Source: Promethearchaeia archaeon (GTDB lineage Archaea; Asgardarchaeota; Lokiarchaeia; Sigyniarchaeales; SOKP01). From it: a stretch of DNA of 64,000 nt. The stretch lies in NCBI GenBank assembly GCA_029856155.1, contig JAHQWL010000023.1, positions 32,001-96,000 on the forward strand, written 5' to 3'. Positions 41,601 through 51,432 of the stretch are shown piece after piece (the first letter of the stretch is position 1; every line of letters begins with the position of its first letter). The position numbers and the translations under genes were made by a program. Under the pieces are notes generated by a model. That model saw only the letters and a list, made by a program, of their open reading frames with translations, had not been told where the DNA came from and did no database searches.

Positions 41601-42488
41601 ATCAATGTGATTATTACAATTTGTGGTATCTTTCGAGATACATTTCCTTATCATCTAGAATTAATTAATAAAGCAATTGAATTAGTAGCAGAGCTAAATG
41701 AAGATGTTGAAAATAATTATGTGAAAAAATCGATGTTTACATTGAAACAGAAAGGAGTAGAGAATGTCGAAGCACGTGTATTTGGTCCACCTCCAGGAAA
41801 ATATAATACAAATTTAACAGAGATAATAGCAGCTGGAAAGTGGGATGATGAGACAGAATTGGCAGAAGATTACCTTAAAAATATGAGTTTTGCATATATG
41901 AAGAACCAAAAAGTAAGACAATTAGAAAAGAATTTTAGATTAAATATTAATGAAATTAAATTAATGAGTCAAATAAGAGATTCGAGTGAATATCAAATAA
42001 CAGACTTAGATCACTACTATGAGTTTACTGGAGGATTAGCTCGTACATACAAACAAATTAATGGAAAATACGCAAATGTTTATATAGCAGATTCTTCTAG
42101 TAAAGAAATTAAAATAAATACTTTAAGGGAAAGCATTAAAGAAGGCGCAATAACGCGTTCTTTGAATCCTAAATGGATTAATGGTTTATTAAAGCATAAG
42201 TATCATGGCGGTCAAAAAATAGCTGAAAGAGTAGAAAACTTTCTTGGCTTATCTGCTACAACTCATGAAGTAGATAACTGGATTTGGGATAAAGCATATA
42301 ATCAATATATAGAAAACGAAGAATTGAGAGAAGGTTTAAAGGATAATAACAGGTTTGCAATGATGGACATAATAAAAAATATGCTTCAAGCTAATAACAG
42401 AGGTTATTGGAGTGCTAATGAGGAACAAATAAATAATTTGAAAAAAATTTATCTTGAAATAGAAAATTGGGTTGAATTAAAGTACTAA
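38685..42488 (+). pseudogene. CobN/ChlH-family chelatase large subunit interrupted by a single in-frame TAA (39504-39506)
   Basis: ORFs 38685-39506 and 39510-42488 share a frame (AAA TAA TTT ATG). Motifs: PELDG, NYPPG, PPHHQY, HFGTHGT.EFLPGK, AKRRS, DLDHYYE, NPKWI. Confidence 0.8.
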
Positions 42489-42507
42489 TTTATCTAAATT
42501 ATTGATA

Positions 42508-43419
42508 TTATACTAAATGATGAAATTCTTCAGCATTAATAATGACTTCTTTTAAAATTTGAAAGTTTTTATCCTCTCCATGAATTAAAAATATCTTATT
42601 TTTGATTGGAATTGCTGCTTCTTTTCCGATTAAAACCCATTCTTCTTTAGTTAAATTTCTAACTATTGAACCTTCTTTAAATTTAATATAAACTAATGCT
42701 CCTAAAAAACCATTAAATTTAGTTTCTTCAAGTTTCACATCTTCAAAGTCGGGAATTTCATTATTTTTACCTTCATTTTTAATCTCATATTCAGTCTTAC
42801 TCAATAGCAAGTTCAAATTAGCTTGAATTAAATTATTATCATTCTCTATATTTCTTTTATGATTATACTCGAAAATGATGAGACCACATTCCTGTGTAAA
42901 TGTTCCTTTATGACCTATCAGTTCATAATCATATACTATTCGACCTAAAGATTCTGAATGTTCGATAACTTCTGATTTAACTTTCCACCTCTTTGAAATA
43001 AGAGGTTCTATGTATTTTTGAGAACCAGGATGAATAGTATCAATCGTTAACTCTTTTTTTTCTTGATATAGTTTATCTAGAGTATCGCCAATATACAACC
43101 TCTTTTGTTTTAGTTTCTCAATCTTTACTTCCAAATTATCTACTATTTCATTAAAAATTTCCAATGGGGGTTTAGCTATAAATTTCATCCTTCGAGGTTG
43201 TTTCCTTATTTCTAAAATCTCAATCCAACCTTTATCACTTAGTTTTTCTAATATTCCATATAATGTTGTACGTGCAATTTGAAGATTATATTTTAATCTT
43301 CCTACCATATCACCATTATGCCCTCTTTCAACTAGTGCTAAATAGACTGTAGCTTCGTCAGCAGTTAAACCAAAATCTTGTAAATCTTGAATATATATTT
43401 CTTTTTCCTTATCTTTCAT
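42508..43419 (-). CDS. TrmB-family HTH regulator with an uncharacterised C-terminal domain
   Basis: LQDFGLTADEATVYLAL, IARTTLYGILEKLSDKGWI, AKPP. Confidence 0.85.
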   Translation of the reverse strand: MKDKEKEIYIQDLQDFGLTADEATVYLALVERGHNGDMVGRLKYNLQIARTTLYGILEKLSDKGWIEILEIRKQPRRMKFIAKPPLEIFNEIVDNLEVKIEKLKQKRLYIGDTLDKLYQEKKELTIDTIHPGSQKYIEPLISKRWKVKSEVIEHSESLGRIVYDYELIGHKGTFTQECGLIIFEYNHKRNIENDNNLIQANLNLLLSKTEYEIKNEGKNNEIPDFEDVKLEETKFNGFLGALVYIKFKEGSIVRNLTKEEWVLIGKEAAIPIKNKIFLIHGEDKNFQILKEVIINAEEFHHLV

Positions 43420-43461
43420 ACTTTTTCATAAATTATATAATAATTAATTAACCTTTTTTAT

Positions 43462-43493
43462 TATATAAATATGTTGTCGAGATAGGACGACAA
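43462..43493 (-). promoter_or_regulatory. TATA box plus palindromic operator TTGTC-N10-GACAA
   Basis: Plus strand: TATATAAA 43462-43469, TTGTCG-AGATAGGA-CGACAA 43474-43493. Confidence 0.6.
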
Positions 43494-43557
43494 TAAGAAT
43501 TTATTTAAATAGAATTCTTATTTTTGTTTATTTAGATAATTTAAAAATTGAAATGAG

Positions 43558-44259
43558 ATGATAATTGTGAGTAAAAGTAAAAAAATATGTGAAAGAATCC
43601 CTGAAGGTGAAGCAATATTAGATCAGATTGACTTCACAACAGAAGAATATAGTGAAGCATGCAGAAAAATGGAAGGAGAATATCGGCGTTTGATAAATTT
43701 TATATTTAAAAAACTTGATATTAAAGAAAATTCAAAAATTTTAGAGATCGGGCCAGGACCAGGATGGATTGGAATTATGATGGCAAAACAAGATCCTTCA
43801 CTGACAATAATTGGAATTGAACTTTCTAAAGATATGATGCGTGTAGCTAATAAAAACATAAGAAAGGAAGGTATTGATGATCGAATTTCTTATATTCACG
43901 GAAATGCTGAAAATATGTATCAATTTTTAGATAACACATTCGATGTTGTTTTTGGAAATGGTACCCTTCATCATTGGGAAAATCCAGTGAAAATTATTAA
44001 CGAAATTTTTAGAGTTCTTAAACCAAATGGAATTTTTTGTATTTCTGATGGTCGTCGAGACATAAGATTAGGAGCAAAAGTAATTTTTCATACAATGAAA
44101 TGGTTTATCCCTAAATTTATGAGAATTGGTTGGAAAACTTCGATAAATGCGGGATACACACCTGAAGAATTAACAGAAATATTAGATCAATCAGATCTAA
44201 AAGGAAAATATGAGTTAAAAACTGATCTTTTTGATCTATTAGTTTATAATAAAACTTAA
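43558..44259 (+). CDS. class I SAM-dependent methyltransferase
   Basis: ILEIGPGPG, FDVV...TLHHW, RVLKPNG. Confidence 0.9.
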   Translation: MIIVSKSKKICERIPEGEAILDQIDFTTEEYSEACRKMEGEYRRLINFIFKKLDIKENSKILEIGPGPGWIGIMMAKQDPSLTIIGIELSKDMMRVANKNIRKEGIDDRISYIHGNAENMYQFLDNTFDVVFGNGTLHHWENPVKIINEIFRVLKPNGIFCISDGRRDIRLGAKVIFHTMKWFIPKFMRIGWKTSINAGYTPEELTEILDQSDLKGKYELKTDLFDLLVYNKT

Positions 44260-44279
44260 TTTAAAAAAGGGCAGAACAA

Positions 44280-44747
44280 ATGCCGCAAATTGTAAAGGGA
44301 GGTAAGCACTTATTTGGATGGTCAAGAGTAGGAAATCAAGGTAAAATTAACATTCCTCCCGAAGCTTTTAATGAGTATAATTTAAAACTGGAGAAATACG
44401 CAATCTTATTTTCAGGTAGTAAAACTTCAGGTGGATTTGGATTAAGTTCTGTGAGGATTTTAGAAAATTCTATCATGAAAGAACTAATAGATAAAAACTC
44501 TTCACTAGCTAATTATAGGATACCTGAGGGAGAGTTTATTGAATTTAAAAATAAAAAGTACTGTTGGGTAGCAATCCAAAAAGATAGTAGTATAAATCTA
44601 CCAGAAAAAACTTTACACGCTTTTGGAATTAATAAAAATGATGATTTGCTTTCTGGAAGGGGTAGCCATTTAGCTATCGGATTTATCGCAAAAGGACCAA
44701 TCTTTAAAGAAGCAAAAAAACATCCTGAAATAAAGGTCTTTGAATAA
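44280..44747 (+). CDS. tandem AbrB-like domain protein
   Basis: GWSRVGNQGKINIPPEA and a second copy, IQKDSSINLP...FGI. Confidence 0.6.
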   Translation: MPQIVKGGKHLFGWSRVGNQGKINIPPEAFNEYNLKLEKYAILFSGSKTSGGFGLSSVRILENSIMKELIDKNSSLANYRIPEGEFIEFKNKKYCWVAIQKDSSINLPEKTLHAFGINKNDDLLSGRGSHLAIGFIAKGPIFKEAKKHPEIKVFE

Positions 44748-44821
44748 TAGTTGAAAAATTATCATTTAATTAAAAATTTCATCATTTAAAAATAAAAAAA
44801 ACTTAAGTTTTGATTTTTAGT

Positions 44822-45646
44822 CTATCCCCGAAATCTTTTTTGCAGAGTCTTTCCATGTAGAAAGAATGACAGGAATAAAAAAATAAATCCAAACAGCAAT
44901 AAAATTGTAAAATCGAATAATAATCCACAAGTACCAAATGAACTATTTCCTCCTAATCCTGTATTAATTATATCAATAAAATAAGTTAATGGAGATATAA
45001 CAGCTAGTGGAGTCGAACTTATTGGCATAAAAAGAGGACTGATAAATATTAATGGAAATTTAATTAGAAATGTTAAAATCATTGTATTTGCTGGTATATC
45101 GGTTGGAGGTACTGATAATATCAAACTAAAACTCGAAAAAGAAAAAGCTGCTACAATTATACCGATAATGACAATTAATAAATCTATGGAAACTTGGATG
45201 GATAAGAAGATTATCCCTAATACAAGAGGAACCAAAGAAAATAATACTCCAAAAATCGAAGAACCCCAAACACTGCCTAATAAGACAGTTTTGATTGAGA
45301 TGGGACATGTTATTAATCTTTCAAGAGTTTGTTGTCTCGTTTCCCATGGAAATACAACAGGTCCGATGGATGTAGATGTTAAAAATAAAACCATGGCCAT
45401 TAATCCAGAAATCATATAAATTGGCTCAATATTTCGCCCAATTGTAAAAGCAAAAAAAAGGATGACTGGAAATAATATTCCTTGAATTACGACTGGACCT
45501 TTATTATAATAAATTCTGAAATCTTTCTTCGCAATAGCAAAAGATCTTCTTATTTGAGTAATTATTTTTTTAATTTTAGATTGTTCTAATATAAAAGCTT
45601 TTTCGTTAATCTTATCCACCTCCCTCAATAATTTTGAGAAAAGCAT
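44822..45646 (-). CDS. ABC-2 type transporter permease
   Basis: TLERLITCPIS, SPLTY; six transmembrane helices. Confidence 0.88.
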   Translation of the reverse strand: MLFSKLLREVDKINEKAFILEQSKIKKIITQIRRSFAIAKKDFRIYYNKGPVVIQGILFPVILFFAFTIGRNIEPIYMISGLMAMVLFLTSTSIGPVVFPWETRQQTLERLITCPISIKTVLLGSVWGSSIFGVLFSLVPLVLGIIFLSIQVSIDLLIVIIGIIVAAFSFSSFSLILSVPPTDIPANTMILTFLIKFPLIFISPLFMPISSTPLAVISPLTYFIDIINTGLGGNSSFGTCGLLFDFTILLLFGFIFLFLSFFLHGKTLQKRFRG

Positions 45647-46604
45647 CTTCTAAAGTTGGCTGGTGAGTATTTAATTGAGTTATTTTTAGGTTATTCAATT
45701 TAGCATGGTTAACTATTTCATGTAATGCATCGTTCACATCTTCCACAATAATATGATAACCATCTTTTATTTCTTGCACTTCTTTAACGGTCATTAGATT
45801 TTTAATCCCTTTTATTTGTTGTGCATTCTCGTAATAACAATCAATTGCGAGATAGTCTTGAGTTAATTTTTTTAAATTATCGGGGGTATCCAACCTAATA
45901 ATGTGTCCATTATTAATTATGGCTATTCTATCACAGAGCTCATTAGCAACACCCATATCATGTGTCGTTAAAAATATAGTCATTCCTCTTTTGTTATAAT
46001 CTTTGATTAATTGTTTGATTACACGAGCAGATTGAATATCTAATCCACTTACAGGCTCATCTAGAAATAATAATTTTGGTTTATTCATTAACGCCATACA
46101 TAATAATAATCTTTGTTTCATTCCTTTGGAATACTTTTTTGCTTTGAAATGACGCTTTTCAAACAGTTCAAACTTCTTAAGTAAAATTTCGGCACGATTT
46201 AGATTTTCCTTTTTATGAATTCCATATAACTCTCCAATGAATGTTAAATTTTGAAGGGCAGTGAGATCCATATATACATTTGCCATCTCGGGAACATTAC
46301 CGATTATTTGTTTTATTGGTATTGGATGGTTCCATATATCTTCTCCAAATATCTTAATTCTTCCTTTAGTAGGTTTTAATACGCCTGTTAACGATCTAAT
46401 AGTAGTGGTTTTCCCTGCCCCATTTGGCCCTAAAAAACCAAAAATTTCTCTTTCTTTTACTACAAAACTAATATTGTCTATAGCCTGAACAGTTTTATCT
46501 TTACTCTTTTGAATTTCCTTACTCTTTCTACTTTTTTTTCCTTGTTTAGCTATTTTAAAATATTTTGATAAGTTATTTACTGTTATTGCATTCATAATTA
46601 TCAC
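45612..46604 (-). CDS. ABC transporter ATP-binding protein
   Basis: GPNGAGKTT, YSKGMKQR, LFLDEP, TLEDAF. Confidence 0.93.
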   Translation of the reverse strand: MIIMNAITVNNLSKYFKIAKQGKKSRKSKEIQKSKDKTVQAIDNISFVVKEREIFGFLGPNGAGKTTTIRSLTGVLKPTKGRIKIFGEDIWNHPIPIKQIIGNVPEMANVYMDLTALQNLTFIGELYGIHKKENLNRAEILLKKFELFEKRHFKAKKYSKGMKQRLLLCMALMNKPKLLFLDEPVSGLDIQSARVIKQLIKDYNKRGMTIFLTTHDMGVANELCDRIAIINNGHIIRLDTPDNLKKLTQDYLAIDCYYENAQQIKGIKNLMTVKEVQEIKDGYHIIVEDVNDALHEIVNHAKLNNLKITQLNTHQPTLEDAFLKIIEGGG

Positions 46605-46646
46605 CTTTAGAAATAAAATGAAAAATAATTAAGAGATTAATTAGAG

Positions 46647-46802
46647 CTACTCATCCTTATCTAAAAGCTCTATATGTTTGAACAACTCTGAAAGTGATTG
46701 ATCACCATGATACTTAATAACCTGATTTATAGAACAACCGTTTGGATGATTCTTCTTAATTTCTGGATGTGAACAATCACACTCTTGTTCTTTTATTTTC
46801 AC
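46647..46802 (-). CDS. unannotated 51-aa Cys/His-containing small protein
   Basis: GTG start after GGTGA; MKIKEQECDCSHPEIKKNHPNGCSINQVIKYHGDQ...DE*. Confidence 0.6.
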   Translation of the reverse strand: MKIKEQECDCSHPEIKKNHPNGCSINQVIKYHGDQSLSELFKHIELLDKDE

Positions 46803-46950
46803 TTTTCACCATTTATTGCTTTATTATACTAGGTTTAATAATTCAATTTAAAATTTATTTAGTTAAATATTGAATTTAACCAATCAAAATTTTTATTTAA
46901 ATATTTCTTATTTTATATTATAGTCATAAAGATTAGAAAATTAAGATGTT

Positions 46951-47301
46951 ATGAAAGAAATTGAACTCTCTGAAATAGAAGATTACGTACGTCCATTACA
47001 CTGTGGAATTCGATGGAAAATAATTGAATATTTAAGAGATGATCCAAAATCTTCTGATGAGATCTTTAATCATTTAAATGAGTTAAGAGAAAAAGTAGCA
47101 GAGGAAATGAAGTATTGTAAAGGAGAATGCAATCATGTTATAAAAAAAAAGTTGAAAAAACCTACATTATATTATCATTTGAGAGAATTAGAATCAGTTG
47201 GAATCATTTTAATGGAAGAATACAAACCTAGCGAACAAAAAAGAGCTCCAGAAAAAGTTTGGAACTTGATTATGGAGAAATTAATCATAAATTTAAAATA
47301 A
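46951..47301 (+). CDS. ArsR-like winged-helix regulator with a Cys/His insertion
   Basis: IRWKIIEYL, CKGECNH insert, PTLYYHLRELESVGII. Confidence 0.75.
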   Translation: MKEIELSEIEDYVRPLHCGIRWKIIEYLRDDPKSSDEIFNHLNELREKVAEEMKYCKGECNHVIKKKLKKPTLYYHLRELESVGIILMEEYKPSEQKRAPEKVWNLIMEKLIINLK

Positions 47302-47434
47302 ATGTCTGCTTTTTCATCAATTCTGAAGAATACTAACCGCAATAGAATCATTCTTTAATCTATTTTGTAGTATATTCGATAATTATATACTAATAGAATT
47401 CAAAATTATGATTTATTTTCTTTTCATCAATACA

Positions 47435-47500
47435 TTTAAATAGTATGATTCGTATGATCATATTAATATGATCATACTTATATGATCATATCAATATGAA
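47435..47500 (+). promoter_or_regulatory. TATA box followed by a tandem palindromic operator array
   Basis: TTTAAATA 47435-47442; TATGATCATA at 47453, 47467 and 47481 (14-bp period); partial copies at 47444 and 47495. Confidence 0.7.
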
Positions 47501-47509
47501 TCTTAAAAG

Positions 47510-47968
47510 GTGATTAAAATAACTGAATTTCCTGATAAAAAAGGCAAATATTTTTTTGGCTCAGTAAAGGTTGGGGAACGCGGTCAAATTGTTATTCCTC
47601 TTAAAGCTAGAGAAGTTTTTGGAATTGAAGCTAAAGATAATGTATATATTTTTGGTGAATTAAATAAGGGTTTAGGTTTAACTAAAAATGTGGAAATTGT
47701 TAGTAAAGAGTTAAAAAAACACGAATACTATTTTGGTGCTGCTAAAGTTGGTGAAAGGGGTCAGATTGTTATTCCCCAGGAAGCTCGAGAGATCTTTAAA
47801 ATAAACTCTGGAGATCTTATTCTTGTATTTGGAGATATTAAAAAAGGGCTTGGCTTTACTAAAGCAACTAAATTAAAAAATTTTGCTATCAAGCTGTTTC
47901 AAGCATTTGGAGATGGTTTTGAGGATATTCAGGATAATAATAAAGGTGATTTAAATGAAGAAGAATAA
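47510..47968 (+). CDS. tandem AbrB/MazE/SpoVT-domain regulator
   Basis: Two copies of KVGERGQIVIP..ARE.F.I. Confidence 0.9.
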   Translation: MIKITEFPDKKGKYFFGSVKVGERGQIVIPLKAREVFGIEAKDNVYIFGELNKGLGLTKNVEIVSKELKKHEYYFGAAKVGERGQIVIPQEAREIFKINSGDLILVFGDIKKGLGFTKATKLKNFAIKLFQAFGDGFEDIQDNNKGDLNEEE

Positions 47969-48488
47969 AAAACAATCAAATATAGATTTTAGGTTTATGT
48001 CATTTTTCTTTAAAATTCGTGATAGATTTCACCCGCCTATAGCAAAAATTATAAAGGCTAATATTAAGCAAGGAGAAATTGTTTTAGATTATGGGTGCGG
48101 TTCAGGAAGTTATACAATAGCTGCTGTTGAGATAGTAGAACCAAATGGGAAGATTATTGCTGCAGATATTCATCCATTAGCATTGGAAAAAGTTAGAAAA
48201 AAAGCTGAAAAAAAAGGTTGTACTAATATTGAAACCATTCAAACAGATTGCGCTACTGGATTAGATAATGAATATATTGATAAAGTAATTTGTTTTGATG
48301 TATTTCATGACATCCCTCATAAAAATGATATATTAAAAGAATTTCATCGAGTTTTAAAATCAAAATCAATACTTTCTTTTGATGATCATCATATGAATGA
48401 AGATGAGATAATAGATTCCATCACTTCCAAAGGGCTCTTTAAATTGGCTGAAAAGAAGGATCAACAATATAACTTTATTAAAATCTAG
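47955..48488 (+). CDS. class I SAM-dependent methyltransferase
   Basis: VLDYGCGSG, HRVLK. Confidence 0.88.
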   Translation: MKKNKKQSNIDFRFMSFFFKIRDRFHPPIAKIIKANIKQGEIVLDYGCGSGSYTIAAVEIVEPNGKIIAADIHPLALEKVRKKAEKKGCTNIETIQTDCATGLDNEYIDKVICFDVFHDIPHKNDILKEFHRVLKSKSILSFDDHHMNEDEIIDSITSKGLFKLAEKKDQQYNFIKI

Positions 48489-49271
48489 GTGGAAACAAGG
48501 ATGGAAGATAAACCTAAATATGGATGGTATGTGAAGGATCTAATTATTGGATTCACTATCATAGGATTAATAGGATTATCTGCTTTTATTTACGGATTTT
48601 TAATAGACGGTATAGCGCAAATAATTCTAATAATTTCAGGAGTAGCTGTTGTTTTGGTATTTTTATGGCCAGGTATCGGAATGATAGTATTGAATCTATT
48701 TTTATTGCGAAAAATACCAAAAATAGATTTAATTGCTAGAATGAAAGCATTAGATAAAATAAGTAATCCACAGATTTTAGATGTTGGATGTGGAACTGGA
48801 AGAACAGCAATTAAGATTGCTAAGGCATTAAAAAATGGAGGACATTTATTTGGAATTGATATTTATTCGAAAATGGCAATTTCAGGAAATAGTTTAGATA
48901 CCGTACAAAATAATGCTATAGTTGAAAAAGTAGAAGAAAGAACTACGTTTAAAAATGGTTCTGCTATAGACATCCCTTTTGAAAACAATAGTTTCGATAT
49001 CGTTATTGTTTCTTCAGTACTCCATGAAGTACATGATCAAAACGGTCAAGATAAAGCAATGAAAGAGCTTTATCGAGTTTTAAAACCGGGTGGATATCTT
49101 TACTTGAGTGAATGGAACCGAACATCATGGCAATTAATAGCATTTAGTGGCTTGTGTTGCTTTGTTTTTAAGCATAAAGATTACTGGGAGAAATTACTCA
49201 AAGAAAATAAATTTAAGAATATAATATATGAGAACATCACAGGCTTTGGAATTTTTACCGCAAGAAAATAA
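48489..49271 (+). CDS. membrane-anchored class I SAM-dependent methyltransferase
   Basis: Two N-terminal transmembrane helices; ILDVGCGTG, PFENNSFD, RVLKPGG. Confidence 0.88.
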   Translation: METRMEDKPKYGWYVKDLIIGFTIIGLIGLSAFIYGFLIDGIAQIILIISGVAVVLVFLWPGIGMIVLNLFLLRKIPKIDLIARMKALDKISNPQILDVGCGTGRTAIKIAKALKNGGHLFGIDIYSKMAISGNSLDTVQNNAIVEKVEERTTFKNGSAIDIPFENNSFDIVIVSSVLHEVHDQNGQDKAMKELYRVLKPGGYLYLSEWNRTSWQLIAFSGLCCFVFKHKDYWEKLLKENKFKNIIYENITGFGIFTARK

Positions 49272-49279
49272 ATTTTTTT

Positions 49280-49822
49280 TTATTCTATTTTTTTATATTT
49301 AAAAATAATACCTTCTTCAATCCAACTCCAATGTAACATTGGTCGTCTAAATTCTCCTTCAAATTCAAAACTAGATTTTTTTATCTGTTCTTGGACTTTA
49401 TTTAATTCAATTCCATAAGAACCTATATGAGTAGCATGATAAGATAAAAATCCGGATTTATCTTTTAAAACTCGATGTATTTCATTTAATAATTTGATTC
49501 TATCGTCTTTATCGAGTAAATGATACACATCATACATTAACACAACGTCTATAAAATTGTTCTTCAATGGAATCGATATTTTTTTCGAAGTCTTTATGAT
49601 TTCGATATTCTTAATATTTTGAGACTTAATTTCAATAGATAATTCCTCTAAATGATCTTCATCGTAATCAAGAGCATAAATTTTACCAGTATTTCCTATA
49701 ATTCGCGAAGCAATTATTGAATATACTCCTGTTCCACATCCAAAATCTAAGATTTTTTGTCCACTTTTAATTCCAAATTCTCTAAGTATACTTTCTCCCT
49801 TTGAATTTAACCATTCTTCCAT
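49280..49822 (-). CDS. class I SAM-dependent methyltransferase
   Basis: ILDFGCGTG, HRVLK. Confidence 0.88.
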   Translation of the reverse strand: MEEWLNSKGESILREFGIKSGQKILDFGCGTGVYSIIASRIIGNTGKIYALDYDEDHLEELSIEIKSQNIKNIEIIKTSKKISIPLKNNFIDVVLMYDVYHLLDKDDRIKLLNEIHRVLKDKSGFLSYHATHIGSYGIELNKVQEQIKKSSFEFEGEFRRPMLHWSWIEEGIIFKYKKIE

Positions 49823-49912
49823 GTTTATTTCTAATCTTTATTATTTATTAAAATAAAGGATATGAAAAATTTCTATAAAAAGAAAGAATTGTGAAAAATA
49901 TAAAAATAACCT

Positions 49913-51163
49913 TTAAAGTTTTAAGATAATACTCAATAATATTGGAAATTGTTCTTCAGAACCCCAAACGACATAGATTTTATTTTGAATAGGAACAGCT
50001 ACATGCCTAGCCGCCACAATCCAATCCAACCCAACATTATTTCCAGTCTCGGTTTCTTCTTTAAATTTAAAATACATTGTCATTCCTAAATAATCTTGAA
50101 TTTTTGTATCCTCAATTTTAATATCTTCTAGATCTGGAATCGTAAATTCTTTAATATCAAGATCAGGTTGTATCGGTTCTCTCATTTTTTCTGAAGAAAG
50201 CTGTAATGCTGCTCTGATGATAACTTCTTCCTTTATTTTTTTATTATATTCAAAAATAATGAGACCACAATCCTTTTCTTTTCCTACTATTCCAAGGGAG
50301 TTAAAGTCAAATGATTTTTCGCTATATAATTGAAAATCTTTCTTTATTTCTGAGATATCTATCCATCCATTCTCAAGAGTTTCACCCATTATATATCGAA
50401 AACTCTTTAAAATCTTTAATTCCTCTTCTTTTTGTTGAATTCTTTCATCAAATATGCTTGTTAAGGGTCTTGCTACAAAATATTGTGCACTTTTTGGCAA
50501 TAATGGCAATTTAATTATCCATTCTTTACTAATTAAGCGATCAATAATACGATATATAGTTGTTCTTTTAATAGATAAATCTTCATCTAACTCACCTACT
50601 TTTGCCCCTTCATTCCCCTTTCTTAGCAATGTTAAATATACTTTTGCTTCTTCAATACTCAATCCAAATTTAAGTAATCCAAGTTCTTGCAAATTATTAG
50701 TATCATCAAGAAGTATTCTTGGAGTAGCCCATTTTAATTCTTCTACTTTTCCTAATTGGGTATCTAAATCCATATATGGCTTTTTTGTACTTAATTCACT
50801 TAAAGTTCGAGATGCTTCCATCATTCCAAGTCGCATCAATCCATCAGGAGCAATCTTACAAATAATTTTCCTCTCATCGTCTTTAAACCCTAAAATTCCT
50901 CCTTTTTTAATAGGATCTATCCCTACCAATCTTTCAGGAGTACACTGAATTATTAAATATTTTATATCTGAAATTGTAAGAGAAGTATGTTTCATTGATT
51001 TCCAAACTGAATTAATTTCATTAATATCACCACTAATATTCCAATTCTTTGTTGAATATTCTATTTCGTTTTCTCCTTTAATTATTGCTGCTGATATTGT
51101 TTTCGATTCAGACTTTATTAAATTCTTTAGAGCATGCTTTACTTTTTCCATATGTAGAATCAT
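49913..51163 (-). CDS. profilin-domain / TrmB-HTH fusion protein
   Basis: aa ~5-125 resemble Asgard profilin (AAII..YSTKNWNIS..I...KY.IIQCTPERLV...KGGILG). aa ~160-240 are a TrmB HTH (FGLSIEEAKVYLTLL, IKRTTIYRIIDRLISKEWI). The C-domain is paralogous to ORF 42508-43419. Confidence 0.8.
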   Translation of the reverse strand: MILHMEKVKHALKNLIKSESKTISAAIIKGENEIEYSTKNWNISGDINEINSVWKSMKHTSLTISDIKYLIIQCTPERLVGIDPIKKGGILGFKDDERKIICKIAPDGLMRLGMMEASRTLSELSTKKPYMDLDTQLGKVEELKWATPRILLDDTNNLQELGLLKFGLSIEEAKVYLTLLRKGNEGAKVGELDEDLSIKRTTIYRIIDRLISKEWIIKLPLLPKSAQYFVARPLTSIFDERIQQKEEELKILKSFRYIMGETLENGWIDISEIKKDFQLYSEKSFDFNSLGIVGKEKDCGLIIFEYNKKIKEEVIIRAALQLSSEKMREPIQPDLDIKEFTIPDLEDIKIEDTKIQDYLGMTMYFKFKEETETGNNVGLDWIVAARHVAVPIQNKIYVVWGSEEQFPILLSIILKL

Positions 51164-51199
51164 TATCTCTTTTTATGTATATTAAAAAAAAAATAAAAA

Positions 51200-51403
51200 T
51201 TATTTTTCTCCAAATTTCTTTTTTATTTCATCTAATACTTTATCATAATAGCTTTTTTCTTTAGATTCTTGAATTTTTGTGAAATATTCCGGCATGATTA
51301 GTCTCTTAGATTCATTTTTTATCTCCTCATCTGTCCAAATTATCCCATCATCCAATATGATACAAGGTATACCATCCAAAAGTTTTATTCGTATCATTTT
51401 CAT
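51200..51403 (-). CDS. small hypothetical protein (~67 aa) between actin and the profilin-TrmB gene
   Basis: Start reassigned to ATG 51403 to avoid overlap with actin; MKMIRIKLLDGIPCIILDDG... Confidence 0.5.
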   Translation of the reverse strand: MKMIRIKLLDGIPCIILDDGIIWTDEEIKNESKRLIMPEYFTKIQESKEKSYYDKVLDEIKKKFGEK

Positions 51404-51432
51404 CACTTTTAAATATTTTTTGTTGAAACTGT

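Noticed and set aside
47441-47500. Short repeat array as a possible CRISPR
   Set aside because: 10-bp units with 4-bp spacers and no cas genes; fits an operator
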